A DNA stretch of 64,000 bases from NCBI GenBank assembly GCA_041489925.1, contig JBGPSD010000004.1:25143-89142 (forward strand). The letters are read 5' to 3'. The position numbers and the translations under genes were made by a program. Source of the DNA: Candidatus Nanoarchaeia archaeon (GTDB lineage Archaea; Nanobdellota; Nanobdellia; Woesearchaeales; ARS49). Shown in pieces: positions 9,170 through 17,694 of the stretch; position 1 is the first letter of the stretch; every line of letters begins with the position of its first letter. The notes under the pieces were generated by a model that saw only the letters and a program-made list of their open reading frames with translations, did no database searches and was not told where the DNA came from.

Positions 9170-9186
9170 ACTCCTACTCAGGAGTA
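9170..9186. promoter_or_regulatory. Palindrome actcct-actc-aggagt containing TACT-N4-AGTA; candidate TrmB operator
   Basis: Perfect 6-bp inverted repeat read directly. It sits between TATA tttatata (9156-9163) and the predicted transcription start (~9186) of the TrmB-family gene at 9237. Confidence 0.4.
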
Positions 9187-9236
9187 ACAAATCAAAGAAT
9201 GGAACCACAAACACTCGATGAAGGGGGCTCTCAAAA

Positions 9237-10040
9237 ATGATAGTTCAAAGGGATTTTTTGAATAAACTCAAGGATTTCGGACTGAACAGTTACGAAGCAA
9301 AATTGTGGACCGCACTTCTTTCCCGTGGTGTTGCAACCGCAGGAGAACTTTCTGACATTGCAAACGTGCCAAGATCGCGTTCTTATGACGTTTTGGAGAG
9401 CCTTGAGAGGAAGGGATTTGTTGTGATGAAGCTCGGCAAGCCAATCAAGTATATTGCGATTCCTCCTGCTGAAGTCCTTGAAAGGGTCAAGAAAAATGTT
9501 TCTGAGGAAGCAGGCAAGCAGGTTCAGTTGATTGAAAGTTTGAAAGGAAGCGAAGTCCTTGGCGACTTGAACACTTTGCACAAGCAGGGCGTTGAGCTCG
9601 TCGATCCGGCTGATTTGACTGGCGCAGTAAAGGGCCGCTCAAACCTTAACAGCCACCTTGCAGCCATGATTAAGGGCGCTGAGAAGTCAGTGTCAATAAT
9701 TACAACCGAACAGGGCATGGTTAGGAAGCTCGAGTCATTGGGTAATGTTCTTTCGAAGGCAAAGGAGCGCGGCGTAAGAATACGCATTGCGGCACCAATT
9801 ACCAAGGTTTCACAGGCAGCTGCAAAGGCTTTGTCTGCGCACGCACAAATCAGGCACATTGATGAGGTTAAGGCAAGGTTTGTTGTTATTGACGCTAAGA
9901 GCGCCACAGTGATGGTCCTTGACGACGCAACAACCCACCCAAGCTATGACTTCGGCGTCTGGGTTAACACAGAATTCTTTGCCAAATCCTTTGAGAACAT
10001 CTTCAACACACTCTGGGACAACGGCAAAGCCGTGAAGTGA
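9237..10040 (+). CDS. TrmB-family transcriptional regulator (paralog 1)
   Basis: 267 aa with an N-terminal winged HTH (YEAKLWTALLSRGVATAGELSDIANVPRSRSYDVLESLERKGFV). It is near-identical in the HTH to the ORF at 33063..33866. Confidence 0.85.
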   Translation: MIVQRDFLNKLKDFGLNSYEAKLWTALLSRGVATAGELSDIANVPRSRSYDVLESLERKGFVVMKLGKPIKYIAIPPAEVLERVKKNVSEEAGKQVQLIESLKGSEVLGDLNTLHKQGVELVDPADLTGAVKGRSNLNSHLAAMIKGAEKSVSIITTEQGMVRKLESLGNVLSKAKERGVRIRIAAPITKVSQAAAKALSAHAQIRHIDEVKARFVVIDAKSATVMVLDDATTHPSYDFGVWVNTEFFAKSFENIFNTLWDNGKAVK

Positions 10041-10045
10041 TTTTT

Positions 10046-10351
10046 ATGAAGCCAAAAAATCTTGTCCATCTTGTTGATTCTGCCGAGGCTAACAAAAGAC
10101 ATGCCAAGCCAATTAGCTGGCCAAAAATCATTACAAATATTCCTGCCATTACACGTACTGGTACAGTAAGCATGCAAGAGGTTATTGACTCTTTATTCAT
10201 TGAAGAAATAAATACCCAAAGACCCAGTTCAGCCAATGCTTATGTTCAAGGTGATCCGGACCGTAGTTTCGTAACTTCTTATCAATGTGCAGTCCAATAC
10301 TACAGGGTTCCTGATAAATACCTGCCAAAGCCAGGCAAGAAGTCTGAGTGA
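10046..10351 (+). CDS. Hypothetical soluble protein (101 aa)
   Basis: ATG at 10046 within ORF 10037..10351. No recognisable motif. The local GC looks lower than in the flanks. Coding status is uncertain. Confidence 0.35.
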   Translation: MKPKNLVHLVDSAEANKRHAKPISWPKIITNIPAITRTGTVSMQEVIDSLFIEEINTQRPSSANAYVQGDPDRSFVTSYQCAVQYYRVPDKYLPKPGKKSE

Positions 10352-10425
10352 TTTCCTTCTCGAACCCAAACCTTTTTATACTCTTTTAAGTCAGTTTTCT
10401 TTATTATTATCAATAAACGAGGTGG

Positions 10426-10629
10426 ATGATTATGGCTGTCGATGATATGGTCTTGAGGATTACCCTTGCTGTTATTGTGGGAACGCTTGCGGCAATTGTG
10501 TACTGCATCCGTGTGCTTATCCTGATGGAGCGCCGTGTCGCAAGGATTGAGGAGCACATTGACAACATTGCGCACAAGATTCTTGTTGAGGAGCAAACCA
10601 TAGAGAAATCAATGCGCAGGAAGCGCTGA
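10426..10629 (+). CDS. Small single-pass membrane protein with a charged coiled-coil tail
   Basis: SD-like gaggtgg at 10419-10425; ATG at 10426 or 10432. One hydrophobic helix (LRITLAVIVGTLAAIVYCIRVLIL) is followed by ERRVARIEEHIDNIAHKILVEEQ. Confidence 0.5.
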   Translation: MIMAVDDMVLRITLAVIVGTLAAIVYCIRVLILMERRVARIEEHIDNIAHKILVEEQTIEKSMRRKR

Positions 10630-10637
10630 GGATTTTC

Positions 10638-11354
10638 ATGGCTCGCAACCCTGTATCGAGCCTCGCACACGCATATCTGGGCGCTTTTTCAGAGCTGCTG
10701 CACAAGCACGCGCCTGAAAGCGCAGTTGCAAAGTTCTCAAAGCTTGTCGCAGGCAAAAAGCTTGATGCTATCAGTTCAAATGCGCTTTATTTTATCACGC
10801 ATCCTGCCAGCGGGAAAAACCTGAAAGAAGAGCTTCTCTCGAGGGCAAACCAAGCAAAAAATGTGATTGACCAATGCACAAGCCAGATGTCAGACTTTGC
10901 AAAGGAGCGCATGGCCAGCAAGACGGTTGTTGTCCACCCGCTGAGCACATTCAGCGCGCGGCTTTTGAGGGATGCAAAGGAAGTCCGCTTCACAAATGCT
11001 GACAATGAGGCAATAAAGCTTCTTCCGGAAACAGACATGGCGGTCCACCATCCGCTTACATCTTACACTGCTTTGGAAAACGCAGACCTTGTGCTTCTTG
11101 AGCCAAGCGCAATAACATCAAAGGGAGTGTTTGTGGAACGCGGCGGAAGGATTCTCGCAGAGCTTGCAAGAGCCCGCGGAATGCCTGTTTATGCACTGGC
11201 AACATCCTGGCACACCTCGCCGAACTGGAAGCCAGGCCAGACTGATGAGCACGTTCCGCAGGAGTTTTTGACAGGCATTATTTCAGAGCACGGCATTTAC
11301 GAACACAACGAATTTTTGGCAAAAGTTCAGAAAGCGTTTCCGTGGATGCTTTAA
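10638..11354 (+). CDS. eIF-2B alpha/beta/delta-family protein (short form)
   Basis: 238 aa. The C-terminal half (ADLVLLEPSAITSKGVFVERGGRILAELARARGMPVYALATSWH) resembles the IF-2B family fold. Recognised from memory. Confidence 0.55.
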   Translation: MARNPVSSLAHAYLGAFSELLHKHAPESAVAKFSKLVAGKKLDAISSNALYFITHPASGKNLKEELLSRANQAKNVIDQCTSQMSDFAKERMASKTVVVHPLSTFSARLLRDAKEVRFTNADNEAIKLLPETDMAVHHPLTSYTALENADLVLLEPSAITSKGVFVERGGRILAELARARGMPVYALATSWHTSPNWKPGQTDEHVPQEFLTGIISEHGIYEHNEFLAKVQKAFPWML

Positions 11355-11866
11355 TTCTTTACCTTTAATTCCTTCTCTAATTTTTGGAGCTCCTTTTCAA
11401 GCTCTTTTATCCTTGGCAGGTTGTCTTCCTGCTGGAGGATTTCGCCGCATTCAGGGCACTTGTACTCGAATTCTGTTGCCTGGTCAAAGTCAAGGCGTAT
11501 GCACTTGTTTGCGCAGGCGAAGAAATTGGTTGATTTCTCGCGGTGAAGGCGCTCTTTCAGCCTTTCTGCTTTTGTCTTTTTCAGGTTCCTCGCAATCTCC
11601 TTTATCCTCTTGGGGTTGAAAGTCCAGTAATAGATGTACCAGCCCTTTTTCTTGTCCTTCTTGCGTATGAATGTGACAAGGTGGTGGTCATAAAGCCTGT
11701 AAAGCATGTTTCTTGTGAGGTTTATTTCCTTCTTTATCGAGTCAGCCAGCTTGAATTCAGAAATGTTCTTCTTGTTCTTCAGCGACCTGACTAATGGCCA
11801 TACATCAGGTCCTGCGACTTCTGCAATGACGTCCTGGAGAAGCTTGTCAGATGCTTTCATCTTCAT
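11351..11866 (-). CDS. tfe: Transcription factor E (TFE alpha, TFIIE-alpha homolog)
   Basis: 171 aa with an N-terminal winged helix (ISEFKLADSIKKEINLTRNMLYRLYDHHLV), a zinc ribbon (CANKC...CPECG) and a charged tail. Confidence 0.85.
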   Translation of the reverse strand: MKMKASDKLLQDVIAEVAGPDVWPLVRSLKNKKNISEFKLADSIKKEINLTRNMLYRLYDHHLVTFIRKKDKKKGWYIYYWTFNPKRIKEIARNLKKTKAERLKERLHREKSTNFFACANKCIRLDFDQATEFEYKCPECGEILQQEDNLPRIKELEKELQKLEKELKVKN

Positions 11867-11887
11867 TCAAAAACGTTTGCCTGCTGT

Positions 11888-12289
11888 TTATATACCTTTC
11901 GCTGCGCTGAGCAATGCGTCAAGCAGCCTTCCGCTTTCCAGTGCAAGCTTCTTGCTCACCACGAACTGGGAGACTGTGACGTCAAGCTCGTCAGGATGCA
12001 GGAATCTCCATTCTTCGCGCGCAAAACGGACAGCGATGTATGGCTCTGCGCCTGTTATTTTGGCATACTCTTTCAGGTCGTCAACTTCCTCTTTTGTCAA
12101 ATACTGGCTGTCACTTTTTGTGGTCTTGCATTCTATCGCGAGCATCCTTTTGTTTTTTGAGGCGAGAATGTCAGGGACAGGGTATTTTATGCTTCCTGAG
12201 CCGGCAACTCTTGACGCAGCCCATTCTTTTGCCCAGAACAAGTGCACCAATTCCCTTTCTGCGCCTGTTCCTTTTGTTTTTGCGCCCAT
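11888..12289 (-). CDS. hjc: Holliday junction resolvase Hjc
   Basis: Hjc-like motifs are GAERELV, PDILAS and LAIECK (E-x-K). ORF 11888..12307 is trimmed to the ATG at 12289, which is 27 nt from the centre of the TATA at 12312-12322. 12307 remains possible. Confidence 0.85.
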   Translation of the reverse strand: MGAKTKGTGAERELVHLFWAKEWAASRVAGSGSIKYPVPDILASKNKRMLAIECKTTKSDSQYLTKEEVDDLKEYAKITGAEPYIAVRFAREEWRFLHPDELDVTVSQFVVSKKLALESGRLLDALLSAAKGI

Positions 12290-12311
12290 ACTATTCTCGT
12301 TTGGCACAATG

Positions 12312-12322
12312 TTTATATATAA
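12312..12322. promoter_or_regulatory. Shared TATA box (tttatatataa) between divergent hjc and the histone gene
   Basis: It is the only AT-rich element in the 65-nt gap. It lies about 27 nt from the hjc ATG at 12289 and about 38 nt from the histone ATG at 12355, which has an SD-like ggggtga. Confidence 0.45.
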
Positions 12323-12354
12323 TTTCCCTTCATTTGCAAAAATGGGGTGATTTT

Positions 12355-12576
12355 ATGGCGCAAACATCAAAAAGACTCATTCCTCTGGCTGCAATGGAGA
12401 AAATAATCAAGACTGCAGGCGCAGAGCGAGTTTCAGACAAGGCAAAGGCGGCTCTTAAGGAGGTTCTCGAGGAATATGCCGAGAAAATGGCCCAGAGCGC
12501 AGTCAAGCTTGCAATGCATGCAGGAAGAAAAACAGTCAAGGCAAGCGATATAAAACTGGCGGCAAAGCCTGCATGA
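12355..12576 (+). CDS. Archaeal histone (single histone fold, 73 aa)
   Basis: Internal ATG at 12355 of ORF 12040..12576. MAQTSKRLIPLAAMEKIIKTAGAERVSDKAKAALKEVLEEYAEKMAQSAVKLAMHAGRKTVKASDIKLA is a typical HMf-like histone fold. Confidence 0.9.
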   Translation: MAQTSKRLIPLAAMEKIIKTAGAERVSDKAKAALKEVLEEYAEKMAQSAVKLAMHAGRKTVKASDIKLAAKPA

Positions 12577-12632
12577 GACCGCAGTTGAATGCAGGCCAGC
12601 CAGCATCAGTTGGCGCTGCCTGCGTGAATCAA

Positions 12633-13232
12633 ATGAAAACTTTCCTCACTTTTATTTGCATACTTTTGCTTGTTTTTTCCATAGGCTGTTCAAAGCAGGA
12701 GGCAACAGAACCTGTGGCTGTACCAGTAGAACAGCCGCCGGCAGAGCCGACAGCACCAGTAGAGCCTGTGGCGCAAGAGGCACAGCCTGTCGCACCTGAG
12801 CAACAGCCGGCAGCGCAGCCAGCTCCGGTTCCAATTGTAACAGGTGCTACGGCGCTGATAAGCAACTGGTCTCTTGAAGAACAGTATGTCTGGGAGTCAA
12901 ACCAATGGGTTCCAGGAATAGTCCTTGATGACGGCACTGCAACAGAAATACCCCCTGAGCCGATTATAATGGAAATTCTCGGCGGGGTTGACAGCGCATG
13001 GTGCCCTGATGTGAAGCAGGAAAGCGGGGCAGAATACATCACAATTGTCCCTGGCGGCTGCTGGAAAGTTACAGGAAACACAATGACAGAAATTGACCTG
13101 CCTCCTGAAGCAGGCACTGGCTCAATGAACTGGCAGATAAAGGACTCAAAGCTTGAAATGGACATCACATTCAAGGACCAAAGCGGCACAGAAACAAACC
13201 GCAACAAGGCAGTCCTTTTGGCGTTGCGATAA
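12633..13232 (+). CDS. Secreted lipoprotein with a Pro/Ala/Glu-rich linker
   Basis: Internal ATG at 12633 (MKTFLTFICILLLVFSIGC, lipobox-like SIGC). A low-complexity PVAVPVEQPPAEPTAPVEPVAQEAQPVAPEQQPAAQPAPVP stretch follows, then a globular domain of unknown family. Confidence 0.6.
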   Translation: MKTFLTFICILLLVFSIGCSKQEATEPVAVPVEQPPAEPTAPVEPVAQEAQPVAPEQQPAAQPAPVPIVTGATALISNWSLEEQYVWESNQWVPGIVLDDGTATEIPPEPIIMEILGGVDSAWCPDVKQESGAEYITIVPGGCWKVTGNTMTEIDLPPEAGTGSMNWQIKDSKLEMDITFKDQSGTETNRNKAVLLALR

Positions 13233-13248
13233 TATTACGCAACGTTTT
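13222..13248 (+). terminator. Hairpin (cgttgcg-N9-cgcaacg) followed by TTTT, overlapping the stop codon of the lipoprotein gene
   Basis: Read directly at 13222-13244, with the T-run at 13245-13248. It lies in a convergent gap. Confidence 0.35.
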
Positions 13249-13380
13249 GGTCAGTTTCAACAGGCTCTTCAGAAACAGGGGGCTGTGGAAAATTGTCCTC
13301 TTTGGGCTTCCTGAGAGATATCCGCATTTCAACAACGATAAAGCGCTCAGGCTATTTAAAAGTTATTATATAATTTGCAA

Positions 13381-14166
13381 TTATCCGCCTGCGCTGGTGT
13401 ATTTTCTGATTGTGCTGTGCCAGGCCCACAAAGCAAGGACAAACAGCACAACAACAGGCATAATGACTCCTGCCATGCCAAGCGGCGTCATTCCGTGCAG
13501 CAATGCCTCAACAGGATAAAACGAGCTTACAGCTACAGGGAACAGGAATGTGAGCGCAAACTGCAGTCCAACTCCGTAAACTGTCAAAGGATACCTCGCA
13601 AAGTCAGCCAGCTTCATGTAAAGTATGACAAGAGACTCATTCTTGACTGCGATGAAGCTTCCTGCAGTGATTAATGTTATGACTGCGAACTGGAAAAGCA
13701 CTCCTGCGCCCATCAGCACCAAATACATTGCAAATCCAAGGCTTAGCGCGCTTATGTGCAGCTTTGTCATTGTGTAGATTATTATTGCTACTCCAAGAAT
13801 TGCCTCAAAAAAGCCATTCCAATCAATGCCCATTGCCATCAGGTAGAGCCAGGAATTGTACGGCTTGAGCAAATACTTGTCAAACTCCCCGCGGTTGATT
13901 GCTTCAAATGCCTTCCAGAAAAAATCACCTGTTAAAGCCCTTCCAACGCCGTAAACAAAGATGAGCGTCCCCTGGAACAGCAAAAACTGGTCAAAACTCC
14001 AGCCTGGAATGCCGACTGTTGTGCCGTAAATTATAAGCGCGAGCATTGGCCCGATAAGGTCATTTGCCACCATTCCCAGCATCATGATTATGAAGTTTGC
14101 CTTGTAAGCGAGCTCCTTGTTCAGGTAAATCTGCGCTGTTTTTGCTGCGAGTGTAAAGTATTTCAT
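13381..14166 (-). CDS. ABC-2 type transporter permease
   Basis: 261-aa polytopic membrane protein overlapping the upstream permease by 4 nt, in an operon with an ABC ATPase. Confidence 0.7.
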   Translation of the reverse strand: MKYFTLAAKTAQIYLNKELAYKANFIIMMLGMVANDLIGPMLALIIYGTTVGIPGWSFDQFLLFQGTLIFVYGVGRALTGDFFWKAFEAINRGEFDKYLLKPYNSWLYLMAMGIDWNGFFEAILGVAIIIYTMTKLHISALSLGFAMYLVLMGAGVLFQFAVITLITAGSFIAVKNESLVILYMKLADFARYPLTVYGVGLQFALTFLFPVAVSSFYPVEALLHGMTPLGMAGVIMPVVVLFVLALWAWHSTIRKYTSAGG

Positions 14167-14954
14167 AGTCCCACGCTCACAAAACGCCTTACTGCCAGCT
14201 TTGTGACAAAGTGTATGATTGTGTAAAGCACCACAACCCAGGCAAGCTGAATGAGCAATGACTGCACAAGAGGCGCCCTTTGCAGGTAAATCAGGATTGG
14301 CACTGACCTTGCGTATTCAAACGGCAAAAATTTCGAAACTGCCTGCACTCCGGCGGGGAAAAACGCAAGGGGAATAAAGCTTCCTCCAAGGAATGCGATT
14401 AGTGTCCTTCTGACGCGCCTTAATCCTGTGATGCGCCTCATCCAGAACGCGCCAAGACCAAGCAGGTATGCCATTCCGAAGTAAATCAGGAAAGCCAGCA
14501 CAAGTGAAGCTACAAATGCCGTAAGGTTTGCTATCGGGGCCATTGGCAGTCCGAAGAACAAAAGCCCGATCAGGAACACAGGAATCATCTGGCTCACAAT
14601 GTTGTAAGCGTTTATCCCCATTTCAAAGCTTAAATACCAGGGAGTGAGCCCTACTGGTTTCAGCATTCCCTTTGCCATCCAGCCATTAATCAGGTCGCTT
14701 TCCATCCACTTGTCAACCTCTGACCAGGTTACAAAGCCGACTATCATTGAGAGCACATAATAGCTTACCATTTCAGGAAAAGTGAATCCGCGAATCACAG
14801 GAGCGCCTGTGTAAGCGAAAACAGATTTCCACAAAAAGTAATAGATGACCAGCGAGATTGGAGTTGTGATTACAGACGCTATTGCTTCCCAGCGGTAGCG
14901 CGTTGCTACCTTTATCCCGACATTCGCCAGTCCGATGTGGTGGTGTATGTTCAT
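14163..14954 (-). CDS. ABC-2 type transporter permease
   Basis: 263-aa polytopic membrane protein with 4-nt overlaps on both sides. Confidence 0.7.
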   Translation of the reverse strand: MNIHHHIGLANVGIKVATRYRWEAIASVITTPISLVIYYFLWKSVFAYTGAPVIRGFTFPEMVSYYVLSMIVGFVTWSEVDKWMESDLINGWMAKGMLKPVGLTPWYLSFEMGINAYNIVSQMIPVFLIGLLFFGLPMAPIANLTAFVASLVLAFLIYFGMAYLLGLGAFWMRRITGLRRVRRTLIAFLGGSFIPLAFFPAGVQAVSKFLPFEYARSVPILIYLQRAPLVQSLLIQLAWVVVLYTIIHFVTKLAVRRFVSVGL

Positions 14955-15928
14955 GTTTTGTAAATCTTGGTGATTATTTCCTCAATTGGCGGGTCTGACA
15001 CTGTTATGTCTGCCACGTCAAAGTTTTTCAGCAGGTAGTTGATAAGGTCCTGGATTTTTGCCTTGCGCGTGTTCAGCTCAAGCATTAGGTCATAATCTTG
15101 CTGCTCTATCACTTTGCAGCCCTTAAACTTGAACTGCTTTGCCTTTTCCGCGAGCTTTACCTCTATGTGCTTGTCTGTGAGGTATTTCTTCCTGATTTCC
15201 TCCAGAGGGCCGTCATAAATGATTTTGCCGTGGTTGATTATTATGACCCTGTCACACAGGCGCTCAATGTCCTGCATGTCATGGGTTGTTATGATGAATG
15301 TTGTCTTTTGTTCCCTGTTCAGGCTTAGGATGAAGTCCCTGAGCTTTTCCTTTGCGATGATGTCAAGCCCGATTGATGGCTCGTCAAGGAATACAAGGCG
15401 CGGGTTGTGGAGCAGTGCCTGGATTATTTCGCATCTCATTCGTTCTCCAAGGCTTAAGTCCCTCACAGGTGTCTTTGCTATTTGTTCTGCCTCGAGCAGT
15501 TTGGTTAGCTTGTGCATCCTTTTTTCAAATTCCTTTGGTGGAACATCATAAAGGTCCCTGTGCAGGTAAAATGTGTCAACAGGCGGAAGGTCCCAGAACA
15601 GGCTTGATTTCTGCCCGAAGACAGCGCCGATGTTCTTAACGTACTTTACCCTGTCTTTCCAGGGCTGCATTCCCATTACGCTGGCGTCTCCGCTGTCAGG
15701 CCAGAGGAGCCCGCAGAGTATCTTGAGCGCCGTGCTCTTTCCTGCGCCGTTGGGGCCTATGAGTCCGACTATTTCACCTTCCTTGATGTCAAAGCTGATT
15801 CCTTTCAGGGCCTGCTTGTACTCTATTTTGGGCTTCAGGAAGCTCTTGAAAGCCGCGACAAGCCCTTGGCCTCGTTTGACTGTCTTGAACTGCTTCTTCA
15901 GGTCCTTTACTTGGATTATGTTGGTCAT
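14951..15928 (-). CDS. ABC transporter ATP-binding protein
   Basis: Walker A GPNGAGKST, signature LSLGERMR and Walker B LVFLDEPSIGLD. Confidence 0.9.
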   Translation of the reverse strand: MTNIIQVKDLKKQFKTVKRGQGLVAAFKSFLKPKIEYKQALKGISFDIKEGEIVGLIGPNGAGKSTALKILCGLLWPDSGDASVMGMQPWKDRVKYVKNIGAVFGQKSSLFWDLPPVDTFYLHRDLYDVPPKEFEKRMHKLTKLLEAEQIAKTPVRDLSLGERMRCEIIQALLHNPRLVFLDEPSIGLDIIAKEKLRDFILSLNREQKTTFIITTHDMQDIERLCDRVIIINHGKIIYDGPLEEIRKKYLTDKHIEVKLAEKAKQFKFKGCKVIEQQDYDLMLELNTRKAKIQDLINYLLKNFDVADITVSDPPIEEIITKIYKT

Positions 15929-16092
15929 TTTGTGTGTGCCTCGCTCTTGTGTGCTGTTAAACTTTTAGTACTCCCAGACAGGTATCACTGAAAGACTAGC
16001 GATGTAAATAGAAAAACCCAGAGCCAATGTGACTATTGGTTAAAGCTCATAGTGAACAGAAATAGGGTGTTGTTCTTATGTTTTTCGGTTTT

Positions 16093-17001
16093 TCACAGCT
16101 TTATCTTCATCAGGTCTTTTGCTGCCTGTGTGTTGTCAAAGATGTCCCTTGCGTCCTGTTCGAGTTCTGTGGTGTCCTTGTACCTTGCTGAGAAGTGGAT
16201 TAGTATGAGCTTTTTTGCGTTTGCCTGCGATGCGAGCTGTGCTGCTTCTTTTGCAGTCATGTGCGCGTACTGGTGTGCTTCTTCTGTGCGCTCGCTTGTG
16301 TAAGTTGATTCGCACATAACAATGTCAGCGTTTTCAGCGAGCTTTTGCGCCCCTGAGCACATTACTGAATCTGTTATGTAAGCCACTTTCTTTCCAGGAA
16401 CTACCTCGCTGACCATATCCGGAGTAATCTTCTTTCCGTTTACAGTCACAACATCGCCGTCCTGCAGTTTTCCAACCAGCGGTCCAAGAGGAACGCCGTG
16501 TTTCTTTAGGAGCTTGACATCCATTTTGCGCGTATCATTCTCGATAAATGCATATCCAACTGTTGGAACGCTGTGCTTTAATGGCGCGCACTCTACGCGG
16601 AAGTCTTCTGTTTCAAGGATTGTTCCTGACTTGACCTCATGCACGCGGATGTCAATGTTTTTTGCATACTCATACGCGCTGAAGATGTGCCCAAGGCGTT
16701 CTTTTGTTCCGGTAGGACCGTAAATTTCCATGGTTCCTGAATAATTGTAAATTGTGAGCCCAAGGCTGAAAAGCAAACCAGGCAGTCCGATGACATGGTC
16801 TCCGTGCCAGTGCGTGATGAATATGCGCGTGACCTTTGACAGTGGTATTCCTGCTATTTTCATCTGCCTTTGCGTGCCTTCTCCGCAGTCAAACAGCAAT
16901 CCCTCTGCCTTGTACTTCAAAAACACTGAAAGGACATTTCTCTCCTTGGTCGGCATTGAGCCTGCTGTTCCCAAAATTGTTATTTCCATAACAAAAGCCA
17001 T
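16093..17001 (-). CDS. rnz: Ribonuclease Z (tRNA 3' endonuclease)
   Basis: Metallo-beta-lactamase motif THWHGDH, an N-terminal ITILGTAGSMP and about 300 aa in length. The start is 17001 or 16989. Confidence 0.9.
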   Translation of the reverse strand: MAFVMEITILGTAGSMPTKERNVLSVFLKYKAEGLLFDCGEGTQRQMKIAGIPLSKVTRIFITHWHGDHVIGLPGLLFSLGLTIYNYSGTMEIYGPTGTKERLGHIFSAYEYAKNIDIRVHEVKSGTILETEDFRVECAPLKHSVPTVGYAFIENDTRKMDVKLLKKHGVPLGPLVGKLQDGDVVTVNGKKITPDMVSEVVPGKKVAYITDSVMCSGAQKLAENADIVMCESTYTSERTEEAHQYAHMTAKEAAQLASQANAKKLILIHFSARYKDTTELEQDARDIFDNTQAAKDLMKIKL

Positions 17002-17066
17002 TAGTCATGTGCTTTTTAAATATTTGTGAATAAATCACACTAAGCGCCTGCAAAAGAAGGCGATAC

Positions 17067-17576
17067 TTATTTGAAATATTGTTGTGCTTGTTTAAGAAAC
17101 TCAAGATCTCTTTTAACAATGAATTTACCATCGTAAGTATCTGGTTTACTGTTCTTTACTAGATTAATGGCTTCATCCAAGGTAACCCACACTAGCTGAA
17201 AACCATCCTGTATCTCGTCTGGTGTAAACTGAGGTTTGCCTTCTTTTTCAACTTCAGCCATAAAACAATGAGATGTCTGCACCACTTCCCATTGGCTTCT
17301 GTGCTCAAGTATCTCGCCCACTTCACCAAGAATACGAAATGTGCAGCCAGTCTCTTCAAGAATTTCTCTTTTCAGAGCTTCTTCAATAGTCTCGCCTTCG
17401 TCAAGACCGCCGCCCGGAAGCTTATAATAATTCTGTTTAGAGACTTTCAATAAAGCGATAAGATTTTCTTTCCTCAGTATCGCTCGAGAAGCAGTTCTGG
17501 GTTTATATTTAACATCAAGCTCTGTCTTTAATCCGATGTCAACATCGTTAATTTCCAAGATCCTTCTCATATGCAC
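17067..17576 (-). CDS. NUDIX hydrolase
   Basis: Nudix box GGGLDEGETIEEALKREILEETG. Confidence 0.85.
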   Translation of the reverse strand: MHMRRILEINDVDIGLKTELDVKYKPRTASRAILRKENLIALLKVSKQNYYKLPGGGLDEGETIEEALKREILEETGCTFRILGEVGEILEHRSQWEVVQTSHCFMAEVEKEGKPQFTPDEIQDGFQLVWVTLDEAINLVKNSKPDTYDGKFIVKRDLEFLKQAQQYFK

Positions 17577-17694
17577 TTCAGCTTTGAATCAAATTTATAA
17601 CGTTTTGGGTAATCCTGAGAAAAGTCCTATTATTTCTCAGAGTTTGTTATTTCTAATGATAACCTTTTTAAACTGCCCGTCGATGGTTTGTTTT

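Larger units (their letters stand above)
8776..9236. other. Candidate chromosomal replication origin (oriC): AT-rich unwinding region flanked by inverted ORB-like boxes
   Basis: This 461-bp non-coding gap is the largest in the window. Positions 8881-9060 are extremely AT-rich. It lies directly upstream of cdc6-DP1-DP2, the arrangement known from Pyrococcus oriC. Confidence 0.6.

Noticed and set aside
15929-16092. Possible tRNA or small RNA genes in the larger intergenic gaps (also 13233-13380, 17002-17066, 24843-24917, 41458-41613)
   Set aside because: I could not find acceptor-stem/T-arm (GTTCRANYC-like) patterns or any convincing cloverleaf. The gaps are adequately explained as promoters or terminators.
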